Source of the DNA: Octopus vulgaris
Lineage: Eukaryota
Length of the DNA: 64,000 nucleotides
Assembly (NCBI GenBank): GCA_951406725.2
Contig: OX597840.1
Coordinates: 26,226,001-26,290,000 of the forward strand
Direction of reading: 5' to 3'
In this document: piece after piece, positions 38,971 through 51,775 of the stretch
How positions within the stretch are numbered: position 1 is the stretch's first letter
How the letters are laid out: each line of letters begins with the position of its first letter
Notes under the pieces: generated by a model
The model's database searches: none
Told to the model about the DNA's origin: nothing
What the model saw: the letters and a program-made list of their open reading frames with translations, nothing else
Program-made: the position numbers and the translations under genes

Positions 38971-40277
38971 TTATTTCTTTATTATGATTATACAATCGTT
39001 ACATAAAAGGACAAATACAGGACATACATGCAAAAAACAGTTAAGAGGTTCGATTAAAAATTTTCCATAACATTTGGATTATTCATTATAAAAATTCGTC
39101 TATAAATTGTCCTTTACATGACCAATAGAATATTATAACATTACATAAACTTTCGATCTTACCGAAGTTTTAAACCCCGGCAATTTATAAGGCCCCGCAG
39201 CTTTTGTTTCCTCTCCTCCCTCCATAGTTAAGCTGGGTTTCTGACACCCACCTTTTTTTCCACTTCCTTCCATCTTTTCTCATACACACCCCGTGGTAAG
39301 ATCCTCTTTTCCAGCCCCATTTTGCTCTTCAGATGATATCTGAAGTAAGTGAGCAAGCCGGGGCCCGAGACAAAGGATCCTATCGCGACTCCTTCCATTC
39401 TTGTTCGCCACATGCATTCTTTTACTACTGCAACCGTGCAGTGAAAACATGCCTCACCTTCCTTCGAGAGTCCAGTTGGCGGTATCATCTTAATCATAGA
39501 CTCAGCCGACAGCTGTACTCGTCCCAGATGCGATAACACGTGTTCTGCGTAACTTATCAAGTCGGACAACTTTCGACAGTGTACAAAAGCGTGCTGGACG
39601 GTTTCATCGTCCAACTCGCACCTTGGACACGTCGGTGGCACTGAAATTCCGTGCCGCGATAACTTCTCGCGAACAGGTAAAGCATTCCTATAGCACTGCC
39701 AGGCCAGGGATCTTTGGAAATTATCCAAATACCCCGTCCTGAAAGTCTTTTTAAACAGGTTGGTAAGCTGGTCCTCGTCAAACCCCAGAGCCCCTCCTAG
39801 GACGTCGTCGTTCTTTGCCTCTACCAGCCTTCTATAAAATACCGAGGTGGTATTTCCGCAGCCGGCCTTGTGGTGAATCAGCGTGAGTGCCTGTCGGCAC
39901 TCCTTTTGCCATAAAGTCAGTTTCCATCTTTTGATGCGACCGGGTTTAAAATTCACTAAGGAGGCCGGTCTCGGGAAAAATTCCCCTGCCAGCGGACTCC
40001 ACACCTTATCACCCTCCAGGTGGTGCCAGAGATGCTTCAGCCTCAACGCATGTCTGCGCATCATCAACCAAGGCATTCCTAACCCACCCTTTAACGGTTC
40101 CTGGCAGCAAACGGAGCGCCTCACAAGTGGCTTTCCTCCCTTCCACAAAAAGCGGAAAAGGATTCGCTCCAACTTGCTAAGCCATGAATCGGGGCAAGGG
40201 ACAACGGTCAGGCGCTAAGTGATTACAGATGCAATGAACATCTGTACCACCTCCACCCTTCCTTTCAAGGACAGAAA
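38971..40277 (-). mobile_element. 5'-truncated Tx1 copy at the U4 motif
   Basis: Near-identical to 7001-8312; 3' junction AAAGAGTTAGTTCCCCTTG (38954-38970) same as U1; ORF fragment 39228-40172. Confidence 0.95.
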
Positions 40278-41796
40278 TTGTCACCCATAATTATGACCCT
40301 AGTATCGATCTATTGCATTTCAATCTTTTTTTCTTCAGAAATGTAAATAAACCCTATTTGTTTCATAAACGAGGGACATATTCATATGGCAGACATGTTT
40401 TTTTTTACCTCAATTGACGTCATTGATTGGTTGAAATTGCAGAAATTGAAGAAAAAACAAAAACAAATATCTTCCAAACAATAGAATTTTCTCAATAAAG
40501 CCAAGAGAGAAAGATGTTTTATAAACACATTCTACCAGTATACGAAGTTTTAAAATTTTTAGTTACCTAGAAATTATGTTAAAAAAACTGCCGTTCAAAC
40601 CGAAAAGATCCTATGTGTGTTAAAAAATCTCATTACGCAATCGAACCAATGAGAGAGCCCCTGCCTGGTCGCTCGACATGCTAAAAATAGCGGCCAAAGT
40701 ATCCCCCCTATCTAAATCACATGCCCATTGTACGTAATGTCCTAGATTATCCCTGAAAAGACAGTTTGCTGAAGGCTGGAATGTCTTTGATGATACGTTT
40801 GCTGTATCAGGTTTGATTTGAGGCTAAATAACATTATGGTAAATTTCTATATTAACTCCCGCATGATTTTCACTAAGAAAAAAATCAAAATGTTAGATTT
40901 TTTGCGAGGAATCAACTACCCTGACCTCATAATATGCTACAAAACCCCTTTACGGGTCCAAAAGACGGGGTGGAGTGAGGTGGAAGCCATTTTTTTCTAC
41001 CTTATAAAAAACACATATGGACAATGGAGAAGAGTTTGATATTATTTATTCAGCATTACATGTGTTTCATTTCCTAATAGGAATTACAAACATTTACACG
41101 TAGAGAAAAAATGTAAAGGATTTCCTTTAAGAAAATCTATGAACGTACATGTGTGAGTGTGTGTGTACCCTTGTCCAGATATTATGTGATGTTCGTAAAG
41201 GGCCATCATGACCGTCATACTTGTGCAGTTGTTCACTTCCAGTCCTCTGCGTCAAATATATCCTTGCTTGGAAACAGGTGAGGATTGGTCACAAGAAAGG
41301 TACCCAGATGTAGAAAATCTCCATCAATGAATTCCATCTGATCCACAGAAGCATGAATAGGAGAATTTTAAATGATGAGGATCATCATCATCGTGGTTCC
41401 TCTTCTGTATCAATGCATTTACATTTCAATAATTGATCCATTTTCATAGATTGATTTAGCACGAATAGCTTAGGTTACAGTTATATCTTTCATATTAATA
41501 GGACTGTGTACAAACAACTCACCATTTTGAAAGAATGATTCAGGTTTAACATCACAGTGATATGTTTTCCTTCCTCTGTCAATGCTCTTTTGATTCAATA
41601 ATGGATGATTTCATGTCAAAGATTTACTATAGATGTCACATTCATATAGTTTCTATCATGTGTAGAGTTCTTTATAAGCTTCACCTTCTGACGGAATGTC
41701 ATACAACAAATGTCACTGTGCTATGGATCCTTTGCATAACGAATGCACTTGTGTTTAATTAAGTGATGATTTTATGAGAATGATTTTCCGCAGATA

Positions 41797-43452
41797 TCAG
41801 TGATACGGTTCCTCACCTGTATGAATACACTTGTGAGAAGCTAAGTTACAACCATCAGAAAATGATTTACCACAAATATCACAGTGATATGGTTTCTCCC
41901 CTGTATGAGTACGTTTGTGTCGAGTTAAGCTACGACCCTCAGAGAATGATTTACCACAGATATCACAGTGGTAGTTTCTTTCTCCGGTATGGATATGCTT
42001 GTGAATATCTAAGCTATGAGTACGTGAGAATGATTTACCACAAATATCGCAATGATATGGTTTCTCCCCTGTATGAACGAGTTTGTGTCTAGTTAAGTTA
42101 CTGCCAACAGAGAATGATCTTCCACAGATATCACAGTGATATGGTTTTTCCGCTGTATGAATGCGTTTGTGTGTAGTTAATCTACTGTTTTGAGAGAAAG
42201 ATTTACCACAGGTATCACAGTGATATGGTTTGTCCCCTGTATGAATACGTTGGTGTTTAATTAAGGTACTGCCATCAGCGAATGATTTACCACAGATATC
42301 ACAGGAATATGGCTTCTCTCCTGTATGAACCCGTTTGTGCTGAGTTAAGTTACCGCTTTGATAGAATGATTTACCACAGATATTACAGTGGTATGGTTTC
42401 TCCGCTGTATGAATACGCTTGTGTGTGGTTAAGCTACCGCTTTCAGAGAATGATTTACCACAGATATCACAGGAATATGGCTTCTCTCCTGTATGAACCC
42501 GTTTGTGCTGAGTTAAGTTACCGCTTTGATAGAATGATTTACCACAGATATTACAGTGGTATGGTTTCTCCGCTGTATGAATACGCTTGTGTGTGGTTAA
42601 GCTACCGCTTTCAGAGAATGATTTACCACAGATATCACAGGAATATGGTTTGTCTCCTGTATGAATACGTTTGTGTTTAATTAAGGTACTGCCATCAGAG
42701 TATGATTTATCACAAATATCACAGTGATATGGTTTGTCCCCTGTATGAATACGCTTGTGGTTGGTTACGGTACTGCTACCAGAGAATGATTTACCACAGA
42801 TATCACAGTGGTATGGTTTCTCCCCTGTATGAACACGTTTGTGTTTAGTTAACTTACTCCTTTGATAGAATGATTTACCACAGATATCACAGTGGTATGG
42901 TTTCTCCCCTGTATGAATACCCTTGTGTGTGGTTAAGCTACCGCTTTCAGAGAATGATTTACCACAGATATCACAGTGGTATGGTTTCTCACCTGTATGA
43001 ACACGTTTGTGTTTAGTTAAGCTACTGCCAACAGAGAATGATTTACCACAGATATTACAGGTATATGGTTTCTCTCCTGTATGAATACGTTTATGTTTAG
43101 TTAAGTTACTGCCAACAGAGAATGATTTACCACAGATATCACAGGAATATGGTTTCTCTCCTGTATGAATACGTTTGTGTTTAATTAAGGTAGTGCTATC
43201 AGAGAATGATTTACCACATATATCACAGGAATATGGTTTCTCTCCTGTATGAATACGATTGTGTCTGGTTAAATTACTTTTGTAAGAGAATGATTTACCA
43301 CAGATACTACAGTGATATGGTGCTTCCTCTGTATGAATTTGTTTGTGTTGATTGAATTTACTTTCTTCTAAGAATGACTCTTTGCAGATGTCACAGTCAT
43401 ATGATAATTTTCCTAATTCTTCCGACATCTCTTCAAGAAAAATATAATCCAT
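41797..43452 (-). CDS. C2H2 zinc-finger protein U5, 19 fingers (conserved MSEEL start at 43428)
   Basis: Finger repeats; poly(A) signal at 41045-41050. Confidence 0.95.
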   Translation of the reverse strand: MDYIFLEEMSEELGKLSYDCDICKESFLEESKFNQHKQIHTEEAPYHCSICGKSFSYKSNLTRHNRIHTGEKPYSCDICGKSFSDSTTLIKHKRIHTGEKPYSCDICGKSFSVGSNLTKHKRIHTGEKPYTCNICGKSFSVGSSLTKHKRVHTGEKPYHCDICGKSFSESGSLTTHKGIHTGEKPYHCDICGKSFYQRSKLTKHKRVHTGEKPYHCDICGKSFSGSSTVTNHKRIHTGDKPYHCDICDKSYSDGSTLIKHKRIHTGDKPYSCDICGKSFSESGSLTTHKRIHTAEKPYHCNICGKSFYQSGNLTQHKRVHTGEKPYSCDICGKSFSESGSLTTHKRIHTAEKPYHCNICGKSFYQSGNLTQHKRVHTGEKPYSCDICGKSFADGSTLIKHQRIHTGDKPYHCDTCGKSFSQNSRLTTHKRIHTAEKPYHCDICGRSFSVGSNLTRHKLVHTGEKPYHCDICGKSFSRTHSLDIHKHIHTGERNYHCDICGKSFSEGRSLTRHKRTHTGEKPYHCDICGKSFSDGCNLASHKCIHTGEEPYH

Positions 43453-44827
43453 CCTTCAAGTTCTACAGATCAACAACTTTTTAATAATATTTCTTCTCTC
43501 ACCAAAATTTATGGATATTTTGCTTCTTTTTGCTTTTATAGTTTATTCCAAACAAATATCACTTCTCTTATATTTCTTCTAAATGTGATCATTGCCAATA
43601 TTTAAAAATGTTGCAAATACTCTTTGGAAATCTATCAAAGTATATTTAAAAGAGAAAATTATCTCTTGCGCATTTCAGACACAGAAGTAAAGAAATGCTT
43701 TCTCTCTCAGAGGAAATATTTTACTGTAACTCAGCAATGTTTTATAGAAGCAGGATTATACGTTTGTAGAATATCTTTGCAGAGCCTTTCAAACATGATA
43801 CATATTGATGATTCTTTAAAAGTAAAAAATACCTTTTAGCCAATTTCATGTGATTTTTCTGAAAGAATAGAAAAAATAATATAAGACATCAAGTATGTTT
43901 AAAAGGTAGATATTCAAAAGTGCAAATTTACAACATTTCTGTTTTCATAAATTGTAGAATTGATCCTTTATCTGAAGTATTATATTCATCCCATCTCTCT
44001 ATTTTCAAGAGGTTTATATCACAGACACATCCATCGTAATAACACCTCCTGGACATTGCGTCTGTCCTAGACACACACACACACACCAATATACATGTCA
44101 ATGACAGTAGATATCTGATGTTTTCCCCTCAGTGTTCTATTGTATCAACACAGGTTTGTTTTATAACATAGACATCACTCCTCCTCTGCCTCTTTCTGTA
44201 TATGCATAAATATACAAATATATATATGTGGTTAGCTTAATGTTAACCTTTTGTTGAGCATAAAAGATGCATAAAAGTCAGTAATTAATATTGATGTCTG
44301 ACTTGCAGCATCAAAATCTTTTGTGGGGAATTTTTGATGTTAAGAAAAATTGATAAAATTGGTGACAATCCTTCTCCATGGGGCAAATGGCAGAGGCTTC
44401 AATGAAGTCTATCCTTATTTTACGGAAAAACTATAATTTCTTTTCATTGTTATGCACATAGTTTTAAAATTTAACCATTCTTGTTTTTATCTTTTAATTA
44501 TAAATTCTTACACATTATAATTAATGTTTCTCTTCCTTGTTGCTTCAAAACGAAATATTGTTTATCTGGATGAGTGAAAAATACATTCATATTAAATATA
44601 TACGCATTACGAAGAAAGAAAAGGATAACTTGCATAATTAATTGAAAATAACATTAAAAAAAGGGTGCAATTCTGCTTTAAACATTATATAGTTCCTTAA
44701 AATTCTTTTCCCATTTTTCTGTGGAATTTTCGGAAAATTCTCCAAATTTGTGACCTACATTATGAAAAAAATTGCCACTGTAGAACTTTGCTTAAATCCC
44801 AACAATGTGTTTATGTGGAGAAGGATA

Positions 44828-44996
44828 TCTTTTCTACTCTAGGCACAAGGCCAGAAATTTTGGGAGAGGGGGCCCAGTGGATTAGATAGACCCCAGTACG
44901 CAACTGGTACTAAATTTATCGACCTCGAAAGGATGAAAGGCAAAGTCGACCTCGGCGGAATTTGAACTCACGTGCTAACGATTCTACCAGCTCGCC
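44828..44996 (-). mobile_element. SINE, duplicated copy of 37821-37989
   Basis: Same sequence and same intronic position. Confidence 0.8.
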
Positions 44997-45985
44997 GGTT
45001 TTATATGGAGAAAAATACTGAAAAACGTCAGCACATCAGAGTGACAAAGAAACTAGGGAGGTATCAGGTGGTCGTGAGATGTGCGAAAAATAACAGCTAA
45101 ATAGCTCTTAAAGCACACAGTTTTTGCTTGTTTGTTGAATTCTCGTGTGTAGAATATTTGCAAAAATTTTCTGAAAATTCCGGAAAAAACAAAACAAACC
45201 CCAGATATTAATTGTAAGTTGTAATGATGCAGAAGAACCGCCAGAAATAAAGACTTCCTATGTCTCAAATAAAAGCCATTTCCTCTCGATACGATATTTG
45301 CTTTTCGTTTCAGTATTTCAAGTGCACACTCGTATTTTTATACATTCCCCATTTCTTACTAATTACATCGTAATTTTCCCGCATTTAACGAAATCGTCGA
45401 ATTTACACGTTAAAAAGAAAGATAAATGTTATCTAAACAAGGGATTGATCCGACGTTTTTACAAATAATTTAGAAAATAACCAAAAGTGCAATGAAATGT
45501 CTAAAAGAAAACGACAACACAATGAAAGTATTAAAATTACAGCCTTTCGTATAATTTCGTCTTAGTGAGATTTTTTTTCTTTTAACTTTCTCAACACATG
45601 GAAAGAAATAAACGTACATAATACGACACATATATAATAGAAATGTTTAAATAAATACTTACATAGTAATAGATATGGAGAGAAAGAGTGAAGGAGGAAG
45701 ATGTGAGAACTGGAGTCAGAGTGGACAAGGACAGCTTCAAGAGAATTTCTAGATTTCTACAACAAACATTAATTAATATTTTTCAGGTCCACATAATCGT
45801 AAATGCTGTATCTGTTTGTTTAGACAGTTAATTACCAATCATTTGTATATATTTGATTGGGTTTTCTCTTAAATATCAGTCGTAAAGTGGAACTGATCAA
45901 ACAATCAAGGTGCGTGAGAAACAGGAGCAAGAAATACAATTAATTAGGAAGAGTTTTTACAATTAACAACGGGAACTAACTCCAA

Positions 45986-47647
45986 TTTTTTTATTACCCA
46001 CCAGGGGCGGCGAAGAGGGGACATTACAAAACATTGGGGACATAGAACATTATAATTAAATTTATGAACAATGAATTATTAAATGAAAAAATGATAATAT
46101 GAAAGCGACGCTCTCGGCCCCATCCGCCAGCATCCCTTACCTGTCCTTTATCACCCATTTCCAATTACAATTCCTAGTTTTTCTATCACACTCTTCGTTT
46201 TCCTTTCATACATCTCTATCATTTCACCCTGCATCGGCACGGTCATCCATTTTATACCCTCTTCCTCACACCTCCTCGCCAATGTCTCCATAAATTCATA
46301 TTCCAAAACCGCGTAACTACCATCTTCATGTTCGCGCCATAAGTCTTTATGTACCATCCTTTCCGAGTTCTGGGTGTCCCTCCTCCTCGCAACACATAAA
46401 AAATAGGTCCTGGGACTTTGTTCGTTCTGTGTGTCTGCATTTGTTTTTGTTGTAGGCGGGGGTGGGGGGTGGAATCGCTGTTTGCAGGGGAGGGATGGGA
46501 CTCAGAGTGTACGGGTGGTGTTGGAGTTTCGTACAGTTTTCTTTTTTTTTTTTCTCCCTTCTTCCCACTCTTGCTGGATCTCCTCCTCTTCAGTTGCTTC
46601 CCTTTCTGTTTGGTTCTCCTTTTCTTTAGTGTCTTCCTTCTTTTGGGGTTCCGAAACGATTTCCTTTTCCTTTGGTGGGGGAGGGCAGTAGGCTCTTATG
46701 TGACCCCTCAGGCCACACTTATAGCACCTGGGCGCCCTGCCCTCCACCCACACTCTCATAATAATGTTCCCCGTTCCTACAGTATCTGTCAGCCCTTCCA
46801 CTGCTTCCGCCTCCGTCTGTATATTCATGTCCAAGGTAGCACCTCTCACGCCTTCGTATTTCATCGTGACGCGGAGGATGTCTACCTTTTCCTCGTTTCC
46901 CTTAATCACCGCTGCCGTTATGTATTCACCCTCTGGGTGTGGAGGTATTCCCTCCACCCAAATTCTTGTGGTCCTTCTATTTAGATACGAGGGCAGTAAG
47001 TATATTTTCTCGGTCTTCACCACCTTGGCTGCTATTTTTTTGGCGACGTTCTCACTTCTATACTGCACCGTTACCGTTCCACACTCCATTCCTCCAGTCA
47101 GGTAAACAATTTCCTCTCCAGTCTGTTTCAATGCCTCTTCAATAACTTCCACATTGACTATTTCCATCTTTCTTCCTCCATTCACGTACACTCTATATTT
47201 TATGGTTCTACGGTTGAACCCCTCGCCCCGCCTTGCTGGAGGTGACAGCTCGATTTCGCCGTTCTCCTCCTTCATAAAATTCTGGAAGCCTGGTAGTTTA
47301 GCCAGGTCCACCTCTTTTTCTATCGACTTCCTCATTATTCCTGCGTAGGTACTTTCCAGCTTCCTGTCCACTTTTGCCACTGCTTCTTCCAACTCCTCTT
47401 CAGATGTTGACAATTCCGGTAAACTTTCAAATAAATTCTTCCCGGCCATCTCACCAGTTAGGGAGAGGCGGCTCATAATCTCCTCAGACCGAAAACGGCC
47501 GCCCAAACAGAAACAGTGCAACGCGCAGAACCAGTGCGACGCGAAACCGCATCAACCGAAGTTCAAAACTCCACAACAACAACACTTTTTTTTTCTTTTT
47601 CACCGAATTCTACGAGCCGAGAAAAACACAACCGACGTCAAACGTTA
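45986..47647 (-). mobile_element. ORF1-only (HAL1-like) non-autonomous retroelement, copy A
   Basis: Single gag-knuckle ORF, no APE/RT; bounded by GGAGTTAGCTCCC (47648-47660) and GGAGTTAGTTCCC (45971-45983). Confidence 0.8.
46502..47476 (-). CDS. L1/Tx1-type ORF1 protein with CCHC knuckle (copy A; C-terminus shifted at an A12 run)
   Basis: CYKCGLRGHIRAYC; colinear with Tx1 ORF1; first ATG at 47476. Confidence 0.75.
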   Translation of the reverse strand: MSRLSLTGEMAGKNLFESLPELSTSEEELEEAVAKVDRKLESTYAGIMRKSIEKEVDLAKLPGFQNFMKEENGEIELSPPARRGEGFNRRTIKYRVYVNGGRKMEIVNVEVIEEALKQTGEEIVYLTGGMECGTVTVQYRSENVAKKIAAKVVKTEKIYLLPSYLNRRTTRIWVEGIPPHPEGEYITAAVIKGNEEKVDILRVTMKYEGVRGATLDMNIQTEAEAVEGLTDTVGTGNIIMRVWVEGRAPRCYKCGLRGHIRAYCPPPPKEKEIVSEPQKKEDTKEKENQTEREATEEEEIQQEWEEGRKKKKKTVRNSNTTRTL

Positions 47648-47662
47648 GGGAGCTAACTCCAA

Positions 47663-48130
47663 TTTCTTTATTATGATTATACAATCGTTACATAGAAGGA
47701 CAAATACAGGACATACATGCAAAAAACAGTTAAGAGGTTCGATTAAAAATTTTCCATAACATTTGGATTATTCATTATAAAAATTCGTCTGTAAATTGTC
47801 CTTTACATGACCAATAGAATATTATAACATTACATAAACTTTCGATCTTACCGAAGTTTTAAACCCCGGCAATTTATAAGGCCCCGCAGCTTTTGTTTCC
47901 TCTCCTCCCTCCATAGTTAAGCTGGGTTTCTGACACCCACCTTTTTTTCCACTTCCTTCCATCTTTTCTCATACACACCCCGTGGTAAGATCCTCTTTTC
48001 CAGCCCCATTTTGCTCTTCAGATGATATCTGAAGTAAGTGAGCAAGCCGGGGCCCGAGACAAAGGATCCTATTGCGACTCCTTCCATTCTTGTACGCCAC
48101 ATGCATTCTTTTACTACTGCAACCGTGCAG
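47663..48130 (-). mobile_element. Short 3' Tx1 fragment
   Basis: Matches 7841-8310; ends TAATAAAGAAAT then TGGAGTTAGCTCCC. Confidence 0.93.
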
Positions 48131-50149
48131 AAAGGCTTTGATAGAATTCCTGTTGGCCACACACCAAGGTTCAACAGAACCTACTGAAGCAAGCCAACGT
48201 GCTTCTGGCATTATCACAGGCAAGAGCAAGAAGTCGACATTAAAGTTCGTACTGTTTTCAAATTTTGGCACAAGGCTAGCAATTCCACGGGTGTGTGTGT
48301 GTATGTTAAGTTGAATATGTCGATTTCAGTGCTCAACCGTTGATTACTTCCACTAACCCCCAAAAGGACAAAAGACAAAGTCCACCTTGGCAGAATTTAA
48401 ATGCAAATGTCATGTCAGAAGAACCACAGCTAAGCATTTTCCCCAATGTGCTAACGACCCTGCCAGTTCGCCACCTTAGTTTATTATTAATTACTAGTGG
48501 GACCCGTGTAAATTCTCCAGAAGGAAAAAAATTAAGAGGACCTATTTAAGAAAGAGAGGATGATTTGCATCTTTATAGCATTCATAGATTTAGCTTTCTT
48601 TGAATATACTTGGCATCTGTCTACATCCAATTCCTCACAACACCATCGGTGCCATCTTTTTCCTCTTTTTTATTATATCTTCTTAGTGTTCCATGCTCTA
48701 GATCTGTGCATCTTTTCTCAGGCAGCTTGCAACTGTGTCTCTTGTGAATCCATAGTTTAGGCTAAATTAATCCTTAGAAACAAATATCAATCTCTTAAGT
48801 GAGAAGGCGATAAATAATTGCACAGAAGTGCAAGTGTTGAGTGATGGTCTCTATAAAAAAAAGAAATTCCTTTTCGCAATCAACACACCACCACCACCAC
48901 CATCATCATCATCTCTCTCTCTCTCTCTGTTCCTTTCTTTAATATCAACATCAGAACATCACCCCTCTGCTAAGATTATATTTCTAACTCTTCTCTATAT
49001 CACAAACTTCAGCTAGCTTTTTTAACCATAAAATAACTATTACATTCCCCCTATCACATGTCATGCTTGCTTCTTTCTTAGTCTTTTGTCTCTCCCTTTT
49101 CTTTCTTTCTCTATTTGGCCCTCTCTTTGTCTTATAATCTCTTCTCTCTCTACCCCTTTTTCTCTAATAACATGAAAGTGTTACTGACGAGCTAAGTAAC
49201 AGAATGAGAAGCAGAATTATTATAAGATCACCTTACTCTATTTCTCCCTCCCTTTTCCCCACTTCTATCCCCACCCCTCATTTATTCCACTAATCTAATG
49301 AAAGCATAACAGCTGTACAAACAAGCTGGTTATTATATATATACATAAATATCATTTATGTCTGAGGTTTGGATAATATTCTTTGCAGAGTAATTACATA
49401 TCACATAAGGAGACTGGAAAACAGTTTGATAGTATTTATTCAGCATTACATGTGTTTCATTACCTAATAGGAATTATAAACTTTTAGACAAAGAGAAAAC
49501 ATGTAAAATATCTCCTATAAGAAATTCTTCATACATACATATATACACGTGTGTGAGTGTGTGTGTGTATGCGCAAGTGAGTGTACCCTTGTCCAGATAG
49601 TATGTGATGTCCGTCATACTTGTGCAGTTCTTCATTTCCAGTCCACTGCGTAAATTATGTCTCACCAGGAAAAATATTTCCTTGCTTGGAAACAGGTGAG
49701 GATTGGTGACAAGAAAGGGTACCCAGCTCAGGAAAATCTCCATCAATGAATTCCATCTGATCCATTGAAGCATGGAAAAGCAAATTTTAAATGATGATGA
49801 TTATCATCTTTGTAGTGATATGGTTCCTCTTCTGTATGAATGTAGTTATGTTTTAATAATTGATCATTTTCATAGATTGACTTAGCACAAATGTCTTAGG
49901 GCATGGTTTTATCTTTCATATTAATATGACTGTGTAGAATTCTCCATCTCCATAGAATGATTAAGCACTGCTATCACAGTGATATGTTTTCCTTCCTCTG
50001 TCAATGCTCTTTTGATTCGTTAATGGATCATTTCAGATGAAAGGCTTACCATTGATATCACATTGATATAGTTTCTTTCTTGTGTAGAGGGTTTTATGAG
50101 ATACAAACTTGTCCTTCTGAAGGAATGTTATACAACCAATGTCACTGTG

Positions 50150-51775
50150 TTATGGATCAACTTCACAACGAATACACTTGTGTTTAATTGAGTGATGTTT
50201 TTGTGAGAATGATTCACCACAGATGTCACAGCGATATGGTTCCTCACCTGTGTGAATATGTTTATGTGCAGTCAAGTTACTGCCAATAGAGAATGATTTA
50301 CCACAGATATTACAGTGATATGGTTTCTCTCCTGTATGAATACGCCTGTGTTTAGTTAAGCTGCTGCTTTCAGAGAAAGATTTGCCACAGATATCACAGT
50401 GGTATGGTTTCTCCCCTGTATGAATACGCCTGTGTTTAGTTAAGATAATGTCCTGAGAGAATGATTTACCACAGATATCACAGTGGTATGGTTTCTCCCC
50501 TGTATGAATACGCCTGTGTTTAGTTAAGATAATGTCCTGAGAGAATGATTTACCACAGATATCACAGTGGTATGGTTTCTCCCCTGTATGAATACGCTTG
50601 TGTTTGGTTAAGCCACTGCTTTCAGAGAATGATTTACCACAGATATCACAGGGATATGGTTTGTTTCCTGTATGAATACGTTTGTGTTTAATTAAGGTAC
50701 TGCCTTGAGAGAATGATTTACCACAAATATCACAGTGATATGGCTTGTCTCCTGTATGAATACGTTTGTGTGCAGTTAAGTTACAGCGAACAGAGAAAGA
50801 TTTACCACAGGTATCACAGTGATATGGTTTGTCCCCTGTATGAATACGTTGGTGTTTAATTAAGGTACTGCCATCAGCGAATGATTTACCACAGATATCA
50901 CAGGAATATGGCTTCTCTCCTGTATGAACCCGTTTGTGCTGAGTTAAGTTACCGCTTTGATAGAATGATTTACCACAGATATTACAGTGGTATGGTTTCT
51001 CCGCTGTATGAATACGCTTGTGTGTGGTTAAGCTACCGCTTTCAGAGAATGATTTACCACAGATATCACAGGAATATGGTTTGTCTCCTGTATGAATACG
51101 TTTGTGTTTAATTAAGGTACTGCCATCAGAGTATGATTTATCACAAATATCACAGTGATATGGGTTGTCCCCTGTATGAATACGCTTGTGGTTGGTTACG
51201 GTACTGGTACCAGAGAATGATTTACCACAGATATCACAGTGATATGGTTTCTCACCTGTATGAACACGTTTGTGTTTAGTTAAGTCACTCCTTTGATAGC
51301 ATGATTTACCACAGATATCACAGTGGTATGGTTTCTCCCCTGTATGAATACCCTTGTGTGTGGTTAAGCTACCGCTTTCAGAGAATGATTTACCACAGAT
51401 ATCACAGTGGTATGGTTTCTCACCTGTATGAACACGTTTGTGTTTAGTTAAGCTACTGCTTTCAGAGAATGATTTACCACAGATATTACAGGTATATGGT
51501 TTCTCTCCTGTATGAATACGTTTATGTTTAGTTAAGTTACTGCCAACAGAGAATGATTTACCACAGATATCACAGGAATATGGTTTCTCTCCTGTATGAA
51601 TACGATTGTGCCTGGTTAAATTACTTTTGTAAGAGAATGATTTACCACAGATACTACAGTGATATGGTGCTTCCTCTGTATGAATTTGTATGTGTTGATT
51701 GAATTTACTTTCTTCTAAGAATGACTCTTTGCAGATGTCACAGTCATATGATGATTTTCCTAATTCTTCCGACAT
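50150..51775 (-). CDS. C2H2 zinc-finger protein U6, 541 aa, 18 fingers plus a degenerate terminal finger
   Basis: Finger repeats; poly(A) signal at 49435-49440. Confidence 0.95.
   Translation of the reverse strand: MSEELGKSSYDCDICKESFLEESKFNQHIQIHTEEAPYHCSICGKSFSYKSNLTRHNRIHTGEKPYSCDICGKSFSVGSNLTKHKRIHTGEKPYTCNICGKSFSESSSLTKHKRVHTGEKPYHCDICGKSFSESGSLTTHKGIHTGEKPYHCDICGKSCYQRSDLTKHKRVHTGEKPYHCDICGKSFSGTSTVTNHKRIHTGDNPYHCDICDKSYSDGSTLIKHKRIHTGDKPYSCDICGKSFSESGSLTTHKRIHTAEKPYHCNICGKSFYQSGNLTQHKRVHTGEKPYSCDICGKSFADGSTLIKHQRIHTGDKPYHCDTCGKSFSVRCNLTAHKRIHTGDKPYHCDICGKSFSQGSTLIKHKRIHTGNKPYPCDICGKSFSESSGLTKHKRIHTGEKPYHCDICGKSFSQDIILTKHRRIHTGEKPYHCDICGKSFSQDIILTKHRRIHTGEKPYHCDICGKSFSESSSLTKHRRIHTGEKPYHCNICGKSFSIGSNLTAHKHIHTGEEPYRCDICGESFSQKHHSIKHKCIRCEVDP

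Noticed and set aside
47917-48314. ORFs spanning the Tx1 5' breakpoint (also 56298-56773)
   Set aside because: Chance fusions of the Tx1 C-terminus with SINE/RTE debris
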